This document shows, piece after piece, positions 19,457-29,736 of a stretch of DNA of 64,000 nucleotides. The first letter of the stretch is position 1, and each line of letters opens with the position of its first letter. Location: positions 270,218 through 334,217 of the forward strand of contig JBQTHB010000006.1 of NCBI GenBank assembly GCA_052390235.1, read 5' to 3'. Position numbers and translations under genes: made by a program. The notes beneath the pieces are model-generated. The model had not been told where the DNA came from. It was given only the letters and a program-made list of their open reading frames with translations, and did no database searches. The DNA comes from Deltaproteobacteria bacterium. GTDB lineage: Bacteria > Desulfobacterota_D > UBA1144 > Nemesobacterales > CSP1-2.

Positions 19457-19576
19457 TAGGTTTTCACCTCCTCTTTAAGGGTTGTTTAAACGAAAATCCC
19501 CCGCTTCCTATAAAGAAAACGAGGGCCGAATTTTGCTTCGCGGCAGTTTTTTGTCATGCGCCTAACTTGATGTAAA

Positions 19577-19605
19577 AATCTAATGTTTTTTGAAAATTTT
19601 GTCAA
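19577..19605 (-). promoter_or_regulatory. sigma70 promoter of the microprotein gene
   Basis: TTGACA-17-TAGATT. Confidence 0.75.
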
Positions 19606-19841
19606 GGGATTTTTATACAGAATCTTGTTGACGCTAATTGATGAAGCACTAGATGTAGTAACAGTTAAGGGATTTATAACAATTCAATATTGTCTCATCC
19701 AGCTAGCGTCCCCGGGCAATATTTTCTCGCGCACTCACCGGCGCAGAGCGCGGTTGCAAGCGGCAATCTCTCCTAACGGTGAAACGCTCAATCAATAAAG
19801 TGAATTCAACGGATTCAGAGGCGTATTGCCAGATGAAAACA

Positions 19842-19878
19842 GGGCAAAAATACCATAAACCCTCTGGTACATTTGCCC
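19842..19878. promoter_or_regulatory. Inverted repeat, candidate enhancer (bEBP) binding site
   Basis: GGGCAAAAATACCA-N9-TGGTACATTTGCCC (12/14 match), 76-112 bp upstream of a sigma54-like box. Confidence 0.55.
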
Positions 19879-19953
19879 GATTCCCAAATCATGAAACCAG
19901 CAGAGTTTCCATATCACGCTGATAATATTGAATAATTCACCATGAGCGGTCTG

Positions 19954-19968
19954 CGGCACGGCACTTGC
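19954..19968 (+). promoter_or_regulatory. sigma54 -24/-12 promoter
   Basis: CGGCAC-N5-TTGC versus consensus TGGCAC-N5-TTGC. Confidence 0.65.
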
Positions 19969-20033
19969 GAAATATGCTACTAAATACGAAAAATCCCCGG
20001 CTACTTAACGCCAGGCAAAGAGGAGAGCGCGTC

Positions 20034-20606
20034 ATGCCAGAGAATCAGGGCAAACAAAAGTCAATGAATTGGTGGCAGTGGCTATTGATTTATCCAACCC
20101 TTCTGGTTTCCATTGTTGGCTCAGTCCCCACTATTCTTGAATACTATAATTCCAAGAAAAAGGGACTGGACTTCGGGTTGTCATCCATCGCAGAGAGACA
20201 AAACGAAATGTGGGAGAAAAATTCCTCATGTTCCATGGCGCCGTATAAGTGGTACAAAAACAATTTCAACCTCAGCGTGGATGGCACTATATGCAAATCC
20301 GGCGACATATTTATAAGAGTGGAAAGGCCAGACAATAGAACCAAATATCTCTGGATTCCGGTAGATGGATTCATTACTAAATCCACAAAAAGTCCATTTG
20401 TTTCAAATGCTTATGCGGCAACCCCAGACTCCGGCGGCATTGTCTTGGCTCAATACGGCGTCGAGGTGCTGTGTCAGAGGCATATTGGCGACGGCAGGCT
20501 TCTGAGGCGAATCAAAACGCCCGATGGCTGTTTTGACGAAGTGGTAAACACTTATAGCGGAGAAGCGCTGAGCCGCACCGCCTCATCCTGCGACGCGGCG
20601 TGCTGA
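20034..20606 (+). CDS. Membrane-anchored hypothetical protein with six Cys
   Basis: SD AGGAGAG before ATG 20034; N-terminal TM segment WWQWLLIYPTLLVSIVGSV. Confidence 0.75.
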   Translation: MPENQGKQKSMNWWQWLLIYPTLLVSIVGSVPTILEYYNSKKKGLDFGLSSIAERQNEMWEKNSSCSMAPYKWYKNNFNLSVDGTICKSGDIFIRVERPDNRTKYLWIPVDGFITKSTKSPFVSNAYAATPDSGGIVLAQYGVEVLCQRHIGDGRLLRRIKTPDGCFDEVVNTYSGEALSRTASSCDAAC

Positions 20607-20646
20607 AGCGCAGATTCGTATTAATTATTCGGGGGGGGAGAGAGAA

Positions 20647-20895
20647 ATGCGCCTTAGATGTTTCATTTACAGTATGATTTTTTCACTATCAGCGGTTATC
20701 CCAATTCAATACGGGAATGCGCAGCCGCTCCCTACGGCAACTCCCGCAGCTGCCCGGCCCAATCCGGGCGACTCAAACAATAACGAGGAGGATTCATTTA
20801 GAAAAATCCCGACGGAAGAAGAAAAACGTCAACCAAGCAAAGACCATAAGCCATCAGGGCATTCTGGAGACAATGGCGAGCAAGCCCCTATTTAA
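20647..20895 (+). CDS. Small secreted low-complexity hypothetical protein
   Basis: Purine-rich SD, signal-like N-terminus, polar tail. Confidence 0.45.
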   Translation: MRLRCFIYSMIFSLSAVIPIQYGNAQPLPTATPAAARPNPGDSNNNEEDSFRKIPTEEEKRQPSKDHKPSGHSGDNGEQAPI

Positions 20896-21209
20896 TACTC
20901 CTCGATTAAAACATATAGATCATCGCCCTCGACCCTGACCTCAAACGTCTCAATCCCCTCCACAGCCGGAAGCGACAGCGCGCCGCCCGTCTTGAGGCAG
21001 AACTTCGCCCCGTGGTAGAGGCAGGTTATGGTCTCCCCCTCAAGCTCGCCGTCCGAGAGCGGATAGTCCATGTGCGAGCATTCATCCCTGACGGCATAGA
21101 ACACCCCGCCCGCGTTGCAGACCGCAATTATCTCGCCCTCGGCTACAAAGGATTTCACACCTCCAAGTGGAATTTCCGCCGCCTTTGCCACTTTTACAAA
21201 TCGAGACAT
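20892..21209 (-). CDS. Rieske-type ferredoxin
   Basis: CSH...CLYHG Rieske motif; last gene of the suf operon. Confidence 0.9.
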   Translation of the reverse strand: MSRFVKVAKAAEIPLGGVKSFVAEGEIIAVCNAGGVFYAVRDECSHMDYPLSDGELEGETITCLYHGAKFCLKTGGALSLPAVEGIETFEVRVEGDDLYVLIEEY

Positions 21210-21283
21210 TTAAACCAGACCCCTCGCAACTAGACTCTAGCTCGGCGAATTAAGTTATCCCTCGCAGATGGCAAAAAGAGACA

Positions 21284-22633
21284 TCAGCCGGATTTGGCAA
21301 TGAGGTTTCCCGCCACAAACCAGTCGGACACTAGGGCATCAACATATCCCCTAGCAGGCTCGGATTTAATGCGGCTTACGACCTCGCCCGTAAACGCGTG
21401 GAGGAGAAGCGCGCGGGCGTCATTTAGGCTAAGCGCCCTTGAGCGTAGATAGAATAGGGCGTTCTCGTCGAGCTGTCCAATCGTCGCCCCGTGGGTGCAT
21501 TTTACGTCGTCGGCGTAAATCTCAAGCTGGGGCTTAGTGTCAATCTTCGCCTCGTCCGAGAGCAGGAGGTTTCTATTGGTCTGCTTGGCGTCGGTTTTTT
21601 GCGCGTCCTTATGAACTATGATGCGCCCGTGGAATACGCCGCGCGACCTGCCGTTGAGAACGCCTTTATACAGCTGGCGGCTGTCGCAGCGCGGGCTTTT
21701 ATGCTCGACTTTCATGTAATTGTCCATGTGCTGGCGGCCGCTCGGCATGAAAAGCCCGTTTATATAGCACTCCGCCCCCTCGCCCTCAAGCACGGGATGA
21801 ATATTATTTCTCACAATAGAGCCGCCTAGTAGAACCGAGTTAGAGGTAAAACTGCTCGCCCTGCCCTGCTGAATCCTCAGCGTGGATACGTTATAAGCCC
21901 TCTTGCTCTCCCGCTCTATCATCAGATGAGAGACGACCGCGCCTGCCCCTACGACGACCTCGGTTACGGCGTTTGATAGATAGACGCTCTCATCGAGGCT
22001 CGCATACTGCTCTACGACCACTGCCTCGGATCCATCCCCGGCTATGACGAGATTCCTCGGATTTGTCATCAGAGCCGAATCCGCCTGTCCGCGGCTCAGA
22101 TAGAGCAGGTGTATCGGCTCTTCAAGCGCCGCCCCTTGGGGGATATAAATAAACCCTCCGTCCTCCATAAAGGCGGTATTGAGCGCGAGAAAAGCGTCCC
22201 GCTCGGCATCGGCGTATTTAGCCAGATGCGCTTGAATCAAATCCCTATCGCCGCCCGCGAGAGCCTCAGCCAAGCCCGAAATCCTAACCCCGCTAGGCAG
22301 AGAGCCGAGCGAGGAGAGCGCGGGAACAATGCGCCCGTTTAGAAACACGAGACGCGCCTCAACGTCTGAAATCGAGAATCTGCGGATGTCTCCGAGTGCA
22401 AGGTGATTATTCATACCTGAGTCAAGGGTGAACTCGGTTCTCGCCACGGGAGCGAGATTGGTAAAGCGCCAGTCCTCGTCCCGCACGGTAGGGAATCCGA
22501 GCTTCGAGAACCTGCCGATAGCCTCTTGGCGCGCCCCTCGAAGCCACGCAATATCGCCTCCGGGGGCGTTCTTTGTGAATTGCAAAAACCCTTCTACATA
22601 ACTGTTCATATCCTGCATCTTAACGAGTTCCAT
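21284..22633 (-). CDS. sufD: Fe-S assembly protein SufD
   Basis: EDWRFT, KPQLEIYADDVKCTHGATIG, LFYLRSR. Confidence 0.95.
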   Translation of the reverse strand: MELVKMQDMNSYVEGFLQFTKNAPGGDIAWLRGARQEAIGRFSKLGFPTVRDEDWRFTNLAPVARTEFTLDSGMNNHLALGDIRRFSISDVEARLVFLNGRIVPALSSLGSLPSGVRISGLAEALAGGDRDLIQAHLAKYADAERDAFLALNTAFMEDGGFIYIPQGAALEEPIHLLYLSRGQADSALMTNPRNLVIAGDGSEAVVVEQYASLDESVYLSNAVTEVVVGAGAVVSHLMIERESKRAYNVSTLRIQQGRASSFTSNSVLLGGSIVRNNIHPVLEGEGAECYINGLFMPSGRQHMDNYMKVEHKSPRCDSRQLYKGVLNGRSRGVFHGRIIVHKDAQKTDAKQTNRNLLLSDEAKIDTKPQLEIYADDVKCTHGATIGQLDENALFYLRSRALSLNDARALLLHAFTGEVVSRIKSEPARGYVDALVSDWFVAGNLIAKSG

Positions 22634-22647
22634 CGCAACCCTCCCCC

Positions 22648-23418
22648 TTAGCTACGCGCCTGTTCGTATTTATCCGCCGCTCCCACCCAGGCGTTATAGC
22701 CCGTCTTCTCAAGCTCGAGGGCGAGTTCCCTGCCGCCGGATTTCACTATCCGCCCCTCGACGAGAACATGCACATAGTCGGGAACTATATAATCGAGCAG
22801 ACGCTGATAGTGTGTGATAACGAGAAAGCTCCTCTCAGGGCTTCTCATGGAATTCACCCCTTTCGCGACGACTTTCAGCGCGTCTATATCGAGACCAGAA
22901 TCGGTTTCATCCAAGATGCAGAGCCTAGGCTCAAGCACAGCCATCTGAAATATCTCGTTGCGCTTCTTCTCGCCCCCCGAAAATCCCTCGTTCACGGAGC
23001 GCTGAAGGAGGCTATCGTCCATATCGAGCAGTTTCATCCGCCCCTTGACCATCTTGATAAACTCCACGTGCTTGTAGGGTTCAAGCCCCTTGTACTTGCG
23101 CACGGAATTGAGGGCTTCTCTGAGGAAATAGGTATTGGCGACGCCCGGAATCTCCACCGGATACTGAAACGCCATAAAAATCCCCTCGCAGGCGCGCTCT
23201 TCGGGAGCGAGTTCAAGGAGGCTTTTGCCGTTATAGAGGATGTCGCCCTCGGTTATTTCATAGGTCTGTCTGCCGGATAGAATCTGCGCGAGAGTGCTTT
23301 TACCGGAGCCGTTTGGCCCCATGATGGAATGCACCTGGCCGCTGCCGATTTTCAAATTTAGCCCTTTCAATATTTCTTTATCCCCGACCTTTACGCGGAG
23401 ATTAATAATTTCAAGCAT
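22648..23418 (-). CDS. sufC: Fe-S assembly ATPase SufC
   Basis: GPNGSGKS, FQYPVEIPG, GFSGGEKKRNE, DETDSGLD. Confidence 0.97.
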   Translation of the reverse strand: MLEIINLRVKVGDKEILKGLNLKIGSGQVHSIMGPNGSGKSTLAQILSGRQTYEITEGDILYNGKSLLELAPEERACEGIFMAFQYPVEIPGVANTYFLREALNSVRKYKGLEPYKHVEFIKMVKGRMKLLDMDDSLLQRSVNEGFSGGEKKRNEIFQMAVLEPRLCILDETDSGLDIDALKVVAKGVNSMRSPERSFLVITHYQRLLDYIVPDYVHVLVEGRIVKSGGRELALELEKTGYNAWVGAADKYEQARS

Positions 23419-23512
23419 AAACCCCTCCTTATGGTGATTGAGACGCGCCGAGACGGGCGCATGAACCCGAATTTATTAAATTGAATTTTCCCGCGAGGAT
23501 TTCCCCTGCCGG

Positions 23513-24949
23513 CTAGCCCACGCTCCCCTCAAGACTGATTCCCAGAAGCCTCTCCGCCTCTAGGGCGAATTCAAAGGGAAGCTCCCTGAACACTTCCTTG
23601 CAGAAGCCGTTTACGATGAGCGACACGGCGTCCTCAGCCGAAAGTCCCCTCTGCTGGCAGTAGAAAATCTGGTCTTCGCCGATTTTCGAGGTAGTCGCCT
23701 CGTGTTCCATCCGGGCAGTGGAGTTGTTGACCTCGATGTAGGGGAAGGTGTGAGCGCCGCACTTATCCCCAATAAGCATGGAGTCGCACTGGGTGTAGTT
23801 CCTCGCCCCTTCGGCGTTTTTGCCCACCTCGACGAGCCCACGGTAGGTGTTCTGGCCAAATCCGGCGGAAATCCCCTTGGAGACGATGGTACTGCTCGTG
23901 TTCCTGCCGACGTGGATCATCTTCGTGCCGGTGTCCGCCTGCTGGCGGTTATTGGCAAGGGCAACGGAGTAGAACTCGCCGACTGAGTTATCGCCCTCGA
24001 GAATGCAACTGGGATATTTCCACGTTATCGCAGAGCCGGTTTCAACCTGCGTCCAAGAGATACGGGAGCTTTTGCCGAGGCATCTGCCGCGCTTGGTTAC
24101 GAAGTTGTAAATCCCGCCCCTGCCCTCTTTATCGCCGGGATACCAGTTCTGGATGGTCGAATATTTTATCGTCGCGCTCTCGTGGGCTACTAGCTCCACC
24201 ACAGCGGCGTGAAGCTGATGCTCGCTCCTCTTGGGCGCGGTGCATCCCTCAAGGTAGCTCACGTAGCTCTGGTCTTCGGCAACGATGAGGGTGCGCTCGA
24301 ATTGCCCTGTGTTCTCGGCATTGATACGGAAATAGGTTGATAGCTCCATGGGACAGCGCACTCCCTTCGGCACATATACAAACGAGCCGTCGGTAAAAAC
24401 AGCGGAGTTGAGCGCGGCAAAGAAATTATCTGTGGAGGGGACGACGAAGCCTAGATATTTTTTGACCAAATCTGGATACTCGTGGACGGCTTCGGAGATG
24501 GAGCAGAAGATTATCCCAAGCTCGGCTAATTTCTCTTTAAAAGTCGTGATGAGCGACACGCTGTCGAACACGGCATCCACGGCAACGCCGGAGAGCATTT
24601 TCTGCTCTTCAAGCGGGATTCCGAGCTTGTTGTAGGTTGCCAGAAGCTCAGGGTCTATCTCATCGAGGCTGTTGGGCTTTACTTTGTGCTTCGGGGCGGC
24701 GTAGTAGCTTATCCCCTGATAGTTTATCGGCTCGTAGCGGACGTTGTGCCACTTCGGCTCTTTCATCGTGAGCCAATGGCGATATGCCTTGAGCCTCCAG
24801 TCAAGTAGCCACTCAGGCTCGTTTTTCTTGCTCGATATTAGGCGTATCGTATCCTCGCCGAGACCTATTGGGGCAATCTCCTGCTCAATGTCCGTAACGA
24901 AGCCGTATTTATACTCTTGGCTCGTCAATTCATCAAAATTAACGCTCAT
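23513..24949 (-). CDS. sufB: Fe-S assembly protein SufB
   Basis: [37 protein letters not shown]. Confidence 0.97.
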   Translation of the reverse strand: MSVNFDELTSQEYKYGFVTDIEQEIAPIGLGEDTIRLISSKKNEPEWLLDWRLKAYRHWLTMKEPKWHNVRYEPINYQGISYYAAPKHKVKPNSLDEIDPELLATYNKLGIPLEEQKMLSGVAVDAVFDSVSLITTFKEKLAELGIIFCSISEAVHEYPDLVKKYLGFVVPSTDNFFAALNSAVFTDGSFVYVPKGVRCPMELSTYFRINAENTGQFERTLIVAEDQSYVSYLEGCTAPKRSEHQLHAAVVELVAHESATIKYSTIQNWYPGDKEGRGGIYNFVTKRGRCLGKSSRISWTQVETGSAITWKYPSCILEGDNSVGEFYSVALANNRQQADTGTKMIHVGRNTSSTIVSKGISAGFGQNTYRGLVEVGKNAEGARNYTQCDSMLIGDKCGAHTFPYIEVNNSTARMEHEATTSKIGEDQIFYCQQRGLSAEDAVSLIVNGFCKEVFRELPFEFALEAERLLGISLEGSVG

Positions 24950-24950
24950 T

Positions 24951-25364
24951 TTATAGAGTCCTCCCCTTTTGGGTTATCATGTCCTGAAGCGTGGTGTTTT
25001 CAAGTATTTTTATCATAGAAACCTGCATCTTGTCCCAGACCGGAATCTGGGGACAGCTCTCATAAAGCGCGCAGATGGTGTCCGCATCCATGCAGTCAAT
25101 TGTCTTAATATCCCCTTCGATGGCCTCGTAAATGTCGCGCAGTTTTATCTGTTCCGGGGATTTTCTGAGCGTGTAGCCGCCGTCCGGCCCAACGGCAGAG
25201 CGAACCAGCCCGCCTTTTACGAGCTTGCGCATTATTTTCGCTAGATAATCAAGCGGGATGCGCTGAGTCTCGGAGATCTGCTTCATGCTGAATCTCCCGA
25301 CAGCGCCGCCGCTCATATATGTGAGCGACCTAACCGCGTAGTCTAGGGTTTTGCTTACCTGCAT
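24951..25364 (-). CDS. Rrf2-family regulator (IscR-like, three Cys)
   Basis: [23 protein letters not shown]-x6-C-x5-C; ATG 25364 follows GGAG. Confidence 0.88.
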   Translation of the reverse strand: MQVSKTLDYAVRSLTYMSGGAVGRFSMKQISETQRIPLDYLAKIMRKLVKGGLVRSAVGPDGGYTLRKSPEQIKLRDIYEAIEGDIKTIDCMDADTICALYESCPQIPVWDKMQVSMIKILENTTLQDMITQKGRTL

Positions 25365-25377
25365 ATCTCCACCGCCA

Positions 25378-25402
25378 ATTATGGACTCTACAAGTCCATA
25401 AT
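25378..25402. promoter_or_regulatory. Rrf2/IscR-type operator
   Basis: Perfect palindrome ATTATGGACT-N5-AGTCCATAAT just downstream of a minus-strand TTGACA-17-TAATTT promoter (25405-25433). Confidence 0.8.
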
Positions 25403-25557
25403 AGAAATTACCATTTAGGAGTAATTCTGTCAAATTCAGAATAATGAGACAAGGCGAGCGGAGAGCCTCTTATCTCAGAGCCTTAGAGTCTAAGAACTCT
25501 CCTTCTGCGCGCTCGGCGGCGGATTTTCGCTATTTTTCAGCCGAAGAAAAAAACCAC

Positions 25558-25606
25558 TTGACAAGATTTTCATAATTTAATACAATGGCATGACTGACTG
25601 GTCAGT
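25558..25606 (+). promoter_or_regulatory. TetR gene promoter and operator
   Basis: TTGACA-17-TACAAT followed by palindrome ACTGAC-TG-GTCAGT at 25593-25606. Confidence 0.75.
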
Positions 25607-25634
25607 TCAGTTTCATCGGGGATAATATTTCAAA

Positions 25635-26267
25635 ATGGCCAAAGCAAAAGAGAGAACAGGGCAACAAACCGCAGAGGCAACAAATAATCCGAGGCGCGCG
25701 AGCCGCATGAAAAAAATCATGCACGCAGCCGCTCATCTCTTTGCCGAAAACGGCTACCACGACGTAACCATGGAAGAAATCGCCGAGAAGGTCGGAGTCG
25801 CCAAAGGGACGATTTATCTCTACTTCGAGTCCAAAGAAAAGCTCTACCTCGAGATACTAGAAGACCGGCACGAGTCCATTGAGAATATCCTAGAGAAGGA
25901 AATCGAGAAAAACGACACCGCCCCCGAAAAGCTGAAAAAAGCGCTGAGGCTGATATTTAAATTCTACCGAGAGAACCTAGACGTGCTTCGCATCCTGAGC
26001 CGAGACGAGACGCATCTGATAAGAGAGCATTTTGAATTCACCGAACACTGGCGGCTGAGACGGATAAAACTCTACGAGAAAATCCTGGAGAAAGGGGTAT
26101 TAGAAGGCTCCATGCGCAACATCAACACGAACCTCTCGGCGCTCATAATTTTTGGGCTCGTGAGGTCTGTGATGTTTTTCTATGACACCGACGGGGACGC
26201 CGAGAAGACAGCCGAGGAGGTTTTCTCGGTCATCGAGAAGGGGATTTTAATTCCGAGTAGCCAATAA
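25635..26267 (+). CDS. TetR/AcrR-family regulator
   Basis: LFAENGY..TMEEIAEKVGVAKGTIYLYFESKE HTH. Confidence 0.93.
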   Translation: MAKAKERTGQQTAEATNNPRRASRMKKIMHAAAHLFAENGYHDVTMEEIAEKVGVAKGTIYLYFESKEKLYLEILEDRHESIENILEKEIEKNDTAPEKLKKALRLIFKFYRENLDVLRILSRDETHLIREHFEFTEHWRLRRIKLYEKILEKGVLEGSMRNINTNLSALIIFGLVRSVMFFYDTDGDAEKTAEEVFSVIEKGILIPSSQ

Positions 26268-26339
26268 AATTTATTCAATGAGAGAGATTTTTATGTTGTA
26301 CACACAAAACAATCAACACACATCAAGGAGGTATAGGCA

Positions 26340-27518
26340 ATGAAATACCCGTTCAGTAAGAGAATCGAGCATTTTGCCCCGCCCAAGCAGTGGGCAAGCA
26401 TGAGAATCGCAAAAGAGCTTGAAAGAACCACCGGCAAGAAAATAATCCATTTCGAGAAGGGCGACTATCAGGGTCCCGATTTCTACACCCCCGACCATAT
26501 GCTCGAAGCCACGGTGAAGGCGCTCAAGGACGGATACGTCAGATATGACCCGGGCCCAGGGCTTCCCGAACTCAGAGAAGCCATCGCCGACGAGGTTACA
26601 AAGCGCGGCAGGCCCACGACCCCAGAGGAGGTCATCGTTACCGCTGGAGCGAAGCAGTCGCTAAATATGTCCCTTCTGACGTTCCTCGAAGACGGCGACG
26701 AGGTCATTTTCCCCAATCCCGGTTATCCGCCCGACGAGGTTTGGGCAAAGTACGCCAGCGCCACCATTAAGCACACGCCCCTTACAAAGCCCGACTGGCA
26801 ATTCGACATTGAGAAGCTCGATAAAATGATTACATCGAAGACAAAGCTCCTCATCATCAACACCCCTCAGAGACCGAACGGGCACTTGGTTGATAACCCC
26901 GAAGAAATCGCCGCGCTCTGCCTCAAGCACCCGAATCTCATGGTCATAACCGATGAGATATTCTCCCACGTAACCTACGACGGCAAGCCCCACAGGAGCA
27001 TCTCCGCAGTCCCCGGCATGGCAGATAGAACCATTATAATTGACACATTCTCTAAAACCTACGCCATGACCGGATGGAGAATCGGCTGGTCGGTAGCACC
27101 AAAGCCCATAATTGACAAGCTCTCCATATTCCTTCAGGACACGATAACAAACGTCGCCGCGTTCATCCAAAAAGCCGCCTACGCCGCCATCACCGGCCCT
27201 CAGGATTGGGTCGAACACAAGAGACTCCTGCTCCAGAGGAAAAGAGACCTCATGGTAGCCGGTCTCAATTCAATCCCCGGCGTCAAGTGCGACACCCCTT
27301 CGGGCGCGTTCTACGCCTTCCCCGATATTACAGGAACGGGGCTTACATCCCAAGAATTTACAAACGTGCTTATGGAGACCGTAGGAGTAGCCGTCGTCGC
27401 CGGAACGGCTTTCGGAAGCCAGGGCGAGGGATACGTGAGAGTAACCTATGCCGTGGCAGACGAGGACATTGAAGAAGGAATCAGACGCATGAAGCAGGCA
27501 AACCTCAAAGCGGCATAA
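26340..27518 (+). CDS. PLP-dependent aminotransferase class I/II
   Basis: GLPELREAIA, TAGAKQ, DEIF, FSKTYAMTGWRIG. Confidence 0.93.
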   Translation: MKYPFSKRIEHFAPPKQWASMRIAKELERTTGKKIIHFEKGDYQGPDFYTPDHMLEATVKALKDGYVRYDPGPGLPELREAIADEVTKRGRPTTPEEVIVTAGAKQSLNMSLLTFLEDGDEVIFPNPGYPPDEVWAKYASATIKHTPLTKPDWQFDIEKLDKMITSKTKLLIINTPQRPNGHLVDNPEEIAALCLKHPNLMVITDEIFSHVTYDGKPHRSISAVPGMADRTIIIDTFSKTYAMTGWRIGWSVAPKPIIDKLSIFLQDTITNVAAFIQKAAYAAITGPQDWVEHKRLLLQRKRDLMVAGLNSIPGVKCDTPSGAFYAFPDITGTGLTSQEFTNVLMETVGVAVVAGTAFGSQGEGYVRVTYAVADEDIEEGIRRMKQANLKAA

Positions 27519-27576
27519 ACCGCCAATTGTCTGCCGGGCTATTAATTTCCACGGGGGCTACTCTAGCGCGAGCAAC

Positions 27577-28035
27577 TCACTCTAGGGTAGCCTTCCCCCA
27601 AAAGGTAATCTTCGCCATCGTGATTTTTATTACGGGGAGACCCAACGAGGGGAGGTTCATCTCCTCATATTGGCTATATTTCCCGGCAAGAAGCCCAAGC
27701 ACTCTCTCGTATTCCCGTCCCCGATGAAGCATCCGGGCATCGCCCCGAATGAGCGCGTACCCGATTCTTGCCCAGTCCTCGTCATAGCGGTCAACGAGGA
27801 CGGCGACTTTGGGATTTTCAATGATGTTTCTCACCCTGCGGAGTTCTAAAGCTGAGGCGCTCTTGGGTTTTGCGTCTATCGGCGTATATAGGAATCCATC
27901 GTCGCAGACAAAGCAAATTGGCACAACCGAGGGCGCGCCGGACTTATCCGCCGTGGCAAATCTGGCGATTCTTGCCCGTTTTATAAATTCCAACTCGCCG
28001 CCGGACGCGCCCAGCATCCCCCCACGCTCCTTCAA
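27577..28035 (-). CDS. PPOX-class (pyridoxamine 5'-phosphate oxidase-like) flavin/F420-binding protein
   Basis: ARFATAD..G.P.VVPICF, DAKPK, RRVRNI..NP.V.VLVDRYDEDW. Confidence 0.8.
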   Translation of the reverse strand: MKERGGMLGASGGELEFIKRARIARFATADKSGAPSVVPICFVCDDGFLYTPIDAKPKSASALELRRVRNIIENPKVAVLVDRYDEDWARIGYALIRGDARMLHRGREYERVLGLLAGKYSQYEEMNLPSLGLPVIKITMAKITFWGKATLE

Positions 28036-28124
28036 ACTTGAATAATTGAGAATGTAATCTATAATAGTGAGCCTATATTTTACACAGAGAAAACCGGTGT
28101 ACTGCCAGTTTTCAGCAGATTGAT

Positions 28125-29066
28125 ATGCAAAATACCAAAATTTTCAGCGGCACTTCAAATGTCCCGCTCGCCGATGCCGTATGTAAATACCTAGGGGTTC
28201 AGCGGGGTAAAGCCGAAATCGAGAGGTTCAGCGACGGAGAATTCCGCGTTGATGTATCGGAGAGCGTGCGCGGCTCAAGCGTGTTCGTAATACAGTCAAC
28301 CTGCCCGCCTGTGAACGAGAATATCATGGAGCTTCTCATCATTACGGACGCCATGAAAAGGGCTTCGGCGGCTTCGATTACCGCCGTTATCCCATATTAC
28401 GGATACGCCCGCCAGGACAGGAAAGCCCAGCCCAGAGCGCCGATAACGGCAAAACTCGTCGCCGACATTATAGCCAAAGCCGGAGTGAACAGGGTCATCA
28501 CAGTTGACCTGCACGCGGGGCAGATTCAGGGCTTTTTTGATGTTCCAGTTGACCATCTCTTTGCCCTGCCCGTGCTGAATAGCTATATCCGCTCTAATTA
28601 TAGCAAAGAGGAGCTTGTCGTGGTCTCCCCGGATGCCGGAGGGATGGAGAGAGCCGGGGAATACGCCAAGAGGCTCGATGTGCCTATCGCCGTCGCATAC
28701 AAAAAACGCACCGAGCCGAATGTGGCGAAAATCACCCACGTCATCGGAGACGTAGAGGGAAAAACCGCAGTGCTAATTGACGACATGGTTGACACAGCGG
28801 GAACGGCAGTACAGGCGGCGGAGGCTATATATAAGGAAGGGGCGAGGAGGGTTGTGCTTTGCTCGACTCATGGAGTGCTTTCCGGGAACGCCGTTGAGAG
28901 AATACGCAATTCAGTTCTCGAAGAGGTCATTATCACCGACACCGTGCCGCCTAGAGAGGAAACTCTCTGTTGCAGTAAGATTAAAGTCCTCACCATCTCA
29001 GAGCTTCTCGGCGAGGCGATAAGAAGAATAGTCTTTGGAAAACCTATCAACACTTTATTTTCATAA
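28125..29066 (+). CDS. prs: Ribose-phosphate pyrophosphokinase
   Basis: FSDGE, YARQDRK, DLHAGQIQGFFD, VSPDAGG, DDMVDTAGT. Confidence 0.97.
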   Translation: MQNTKIFSGTSNVPLADAVCKYLGVQRGKAEIERFSDGEFRVDVSESVRGSSVFVIQSTCPPVNENIMELLIITDAMKRASAASITAVIPYYGYARQDRKAQPRAPITAKLVADIIAKAGVNRVITVDLHAGQIQGFFDVPVDHLFALPVLNSYIRSNYSKEELVVVSPDAGGMERAGEYAKRLDVPIAVAYKKRTEPNVAKITHVIGDVEGKTAVLIDDMVDTAGTAVQAAEAIYKEGARRVVLCSTHGVLSGNAVERIRNSVLEEVIITDTVPPREETLCCSKIKVLTISELLGEAIRRIVFGKPINTLFS

Positions 29067-29092
29067 AATAATTATAGAAGGAGTTAAAAGCC

Positions 29093-29722
29093 ATGGCTCA
29101 GAGCGTTTTATTGGCATCAGTAAGAAAAGAACTCGGCAAGTCCGCGGTTAAAAAAATCAGAAATGCGGGACTACTCCCCGCAGTGCTTTACGGCAGAGAG
29201 ACAGAAGCCGTATCGCTGACATTGAGCATTGCCGACCTCAAAGCGGCCCTCTCTACCGAGGCTGGAGAGAACACCCTCCTAGAGCTTCGGGTCAGGGGCG
29301 AAGCCGGAGAAATCACCAAGCTCGCCCTTCTGCGCAGCACGCAGTTTAATTATCTCACGAGCAAGCCCATACACTTCGATTTTCAGGAAGTCTCTATGAG
29401 AGAAAAGCTCACCGTGAAGATTCCCATTAAAATCACCGGAAAAGCGCCCGGCGTAAAAGAAGGCGGCATCCTCGAAGAGATACACAGGGAAATCGAAATT
29501 GAGTGCTTTCCCACGGACATTCCAAACTCCATCGAGGTTGACATCTCCTCGCTCGGCATCGGAGATTCAATTCACGTCAGAGACCTCGCCGTCTCAGATA
29601 AAATTACCCTGCTCCTAGACGCAGACGAGACAGTCATTACCGTTCTCTCGACGAAACCCGAAGACGAAGCAAAAGCCGCAGGCGAGACTCCGGCAGGCGC
29701 GGAAGTCAAGAGCGATAAATAG
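29093..29722 (+). CDS. rplY: 50S ribosomal protein L25/Ctc
   Basis: PAVLYG, HFDF, GVKEGG; prs-rplY-pth synteny. Confidence 0.95.
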   Translation: MAQSVLLASVRKELGKSAVKKIRNAGLLPAVLYGRETEAVSLTLSIADLKAALSTEAGENTLLELRVRGEAGEITKLALLRSTQFNYLTSKPIHFDFQEVSMREKLTVKIPIKITGKAPGVKEGGILEEIHREIEIECFPTDIPNSIEVDISSLGIGDSIHVRDLAVSDKITLLLDADETVITVLSTKPEDEAKAAGETPAGAEVKSDK

Positions 29723-29736
29723 CGGTAGCCAAGGCT

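Noticed and set aside
19715..19725. Third copy of the 21-bp cas-flanking site
   Set aside because: Only the GCAATATT half-site matches.
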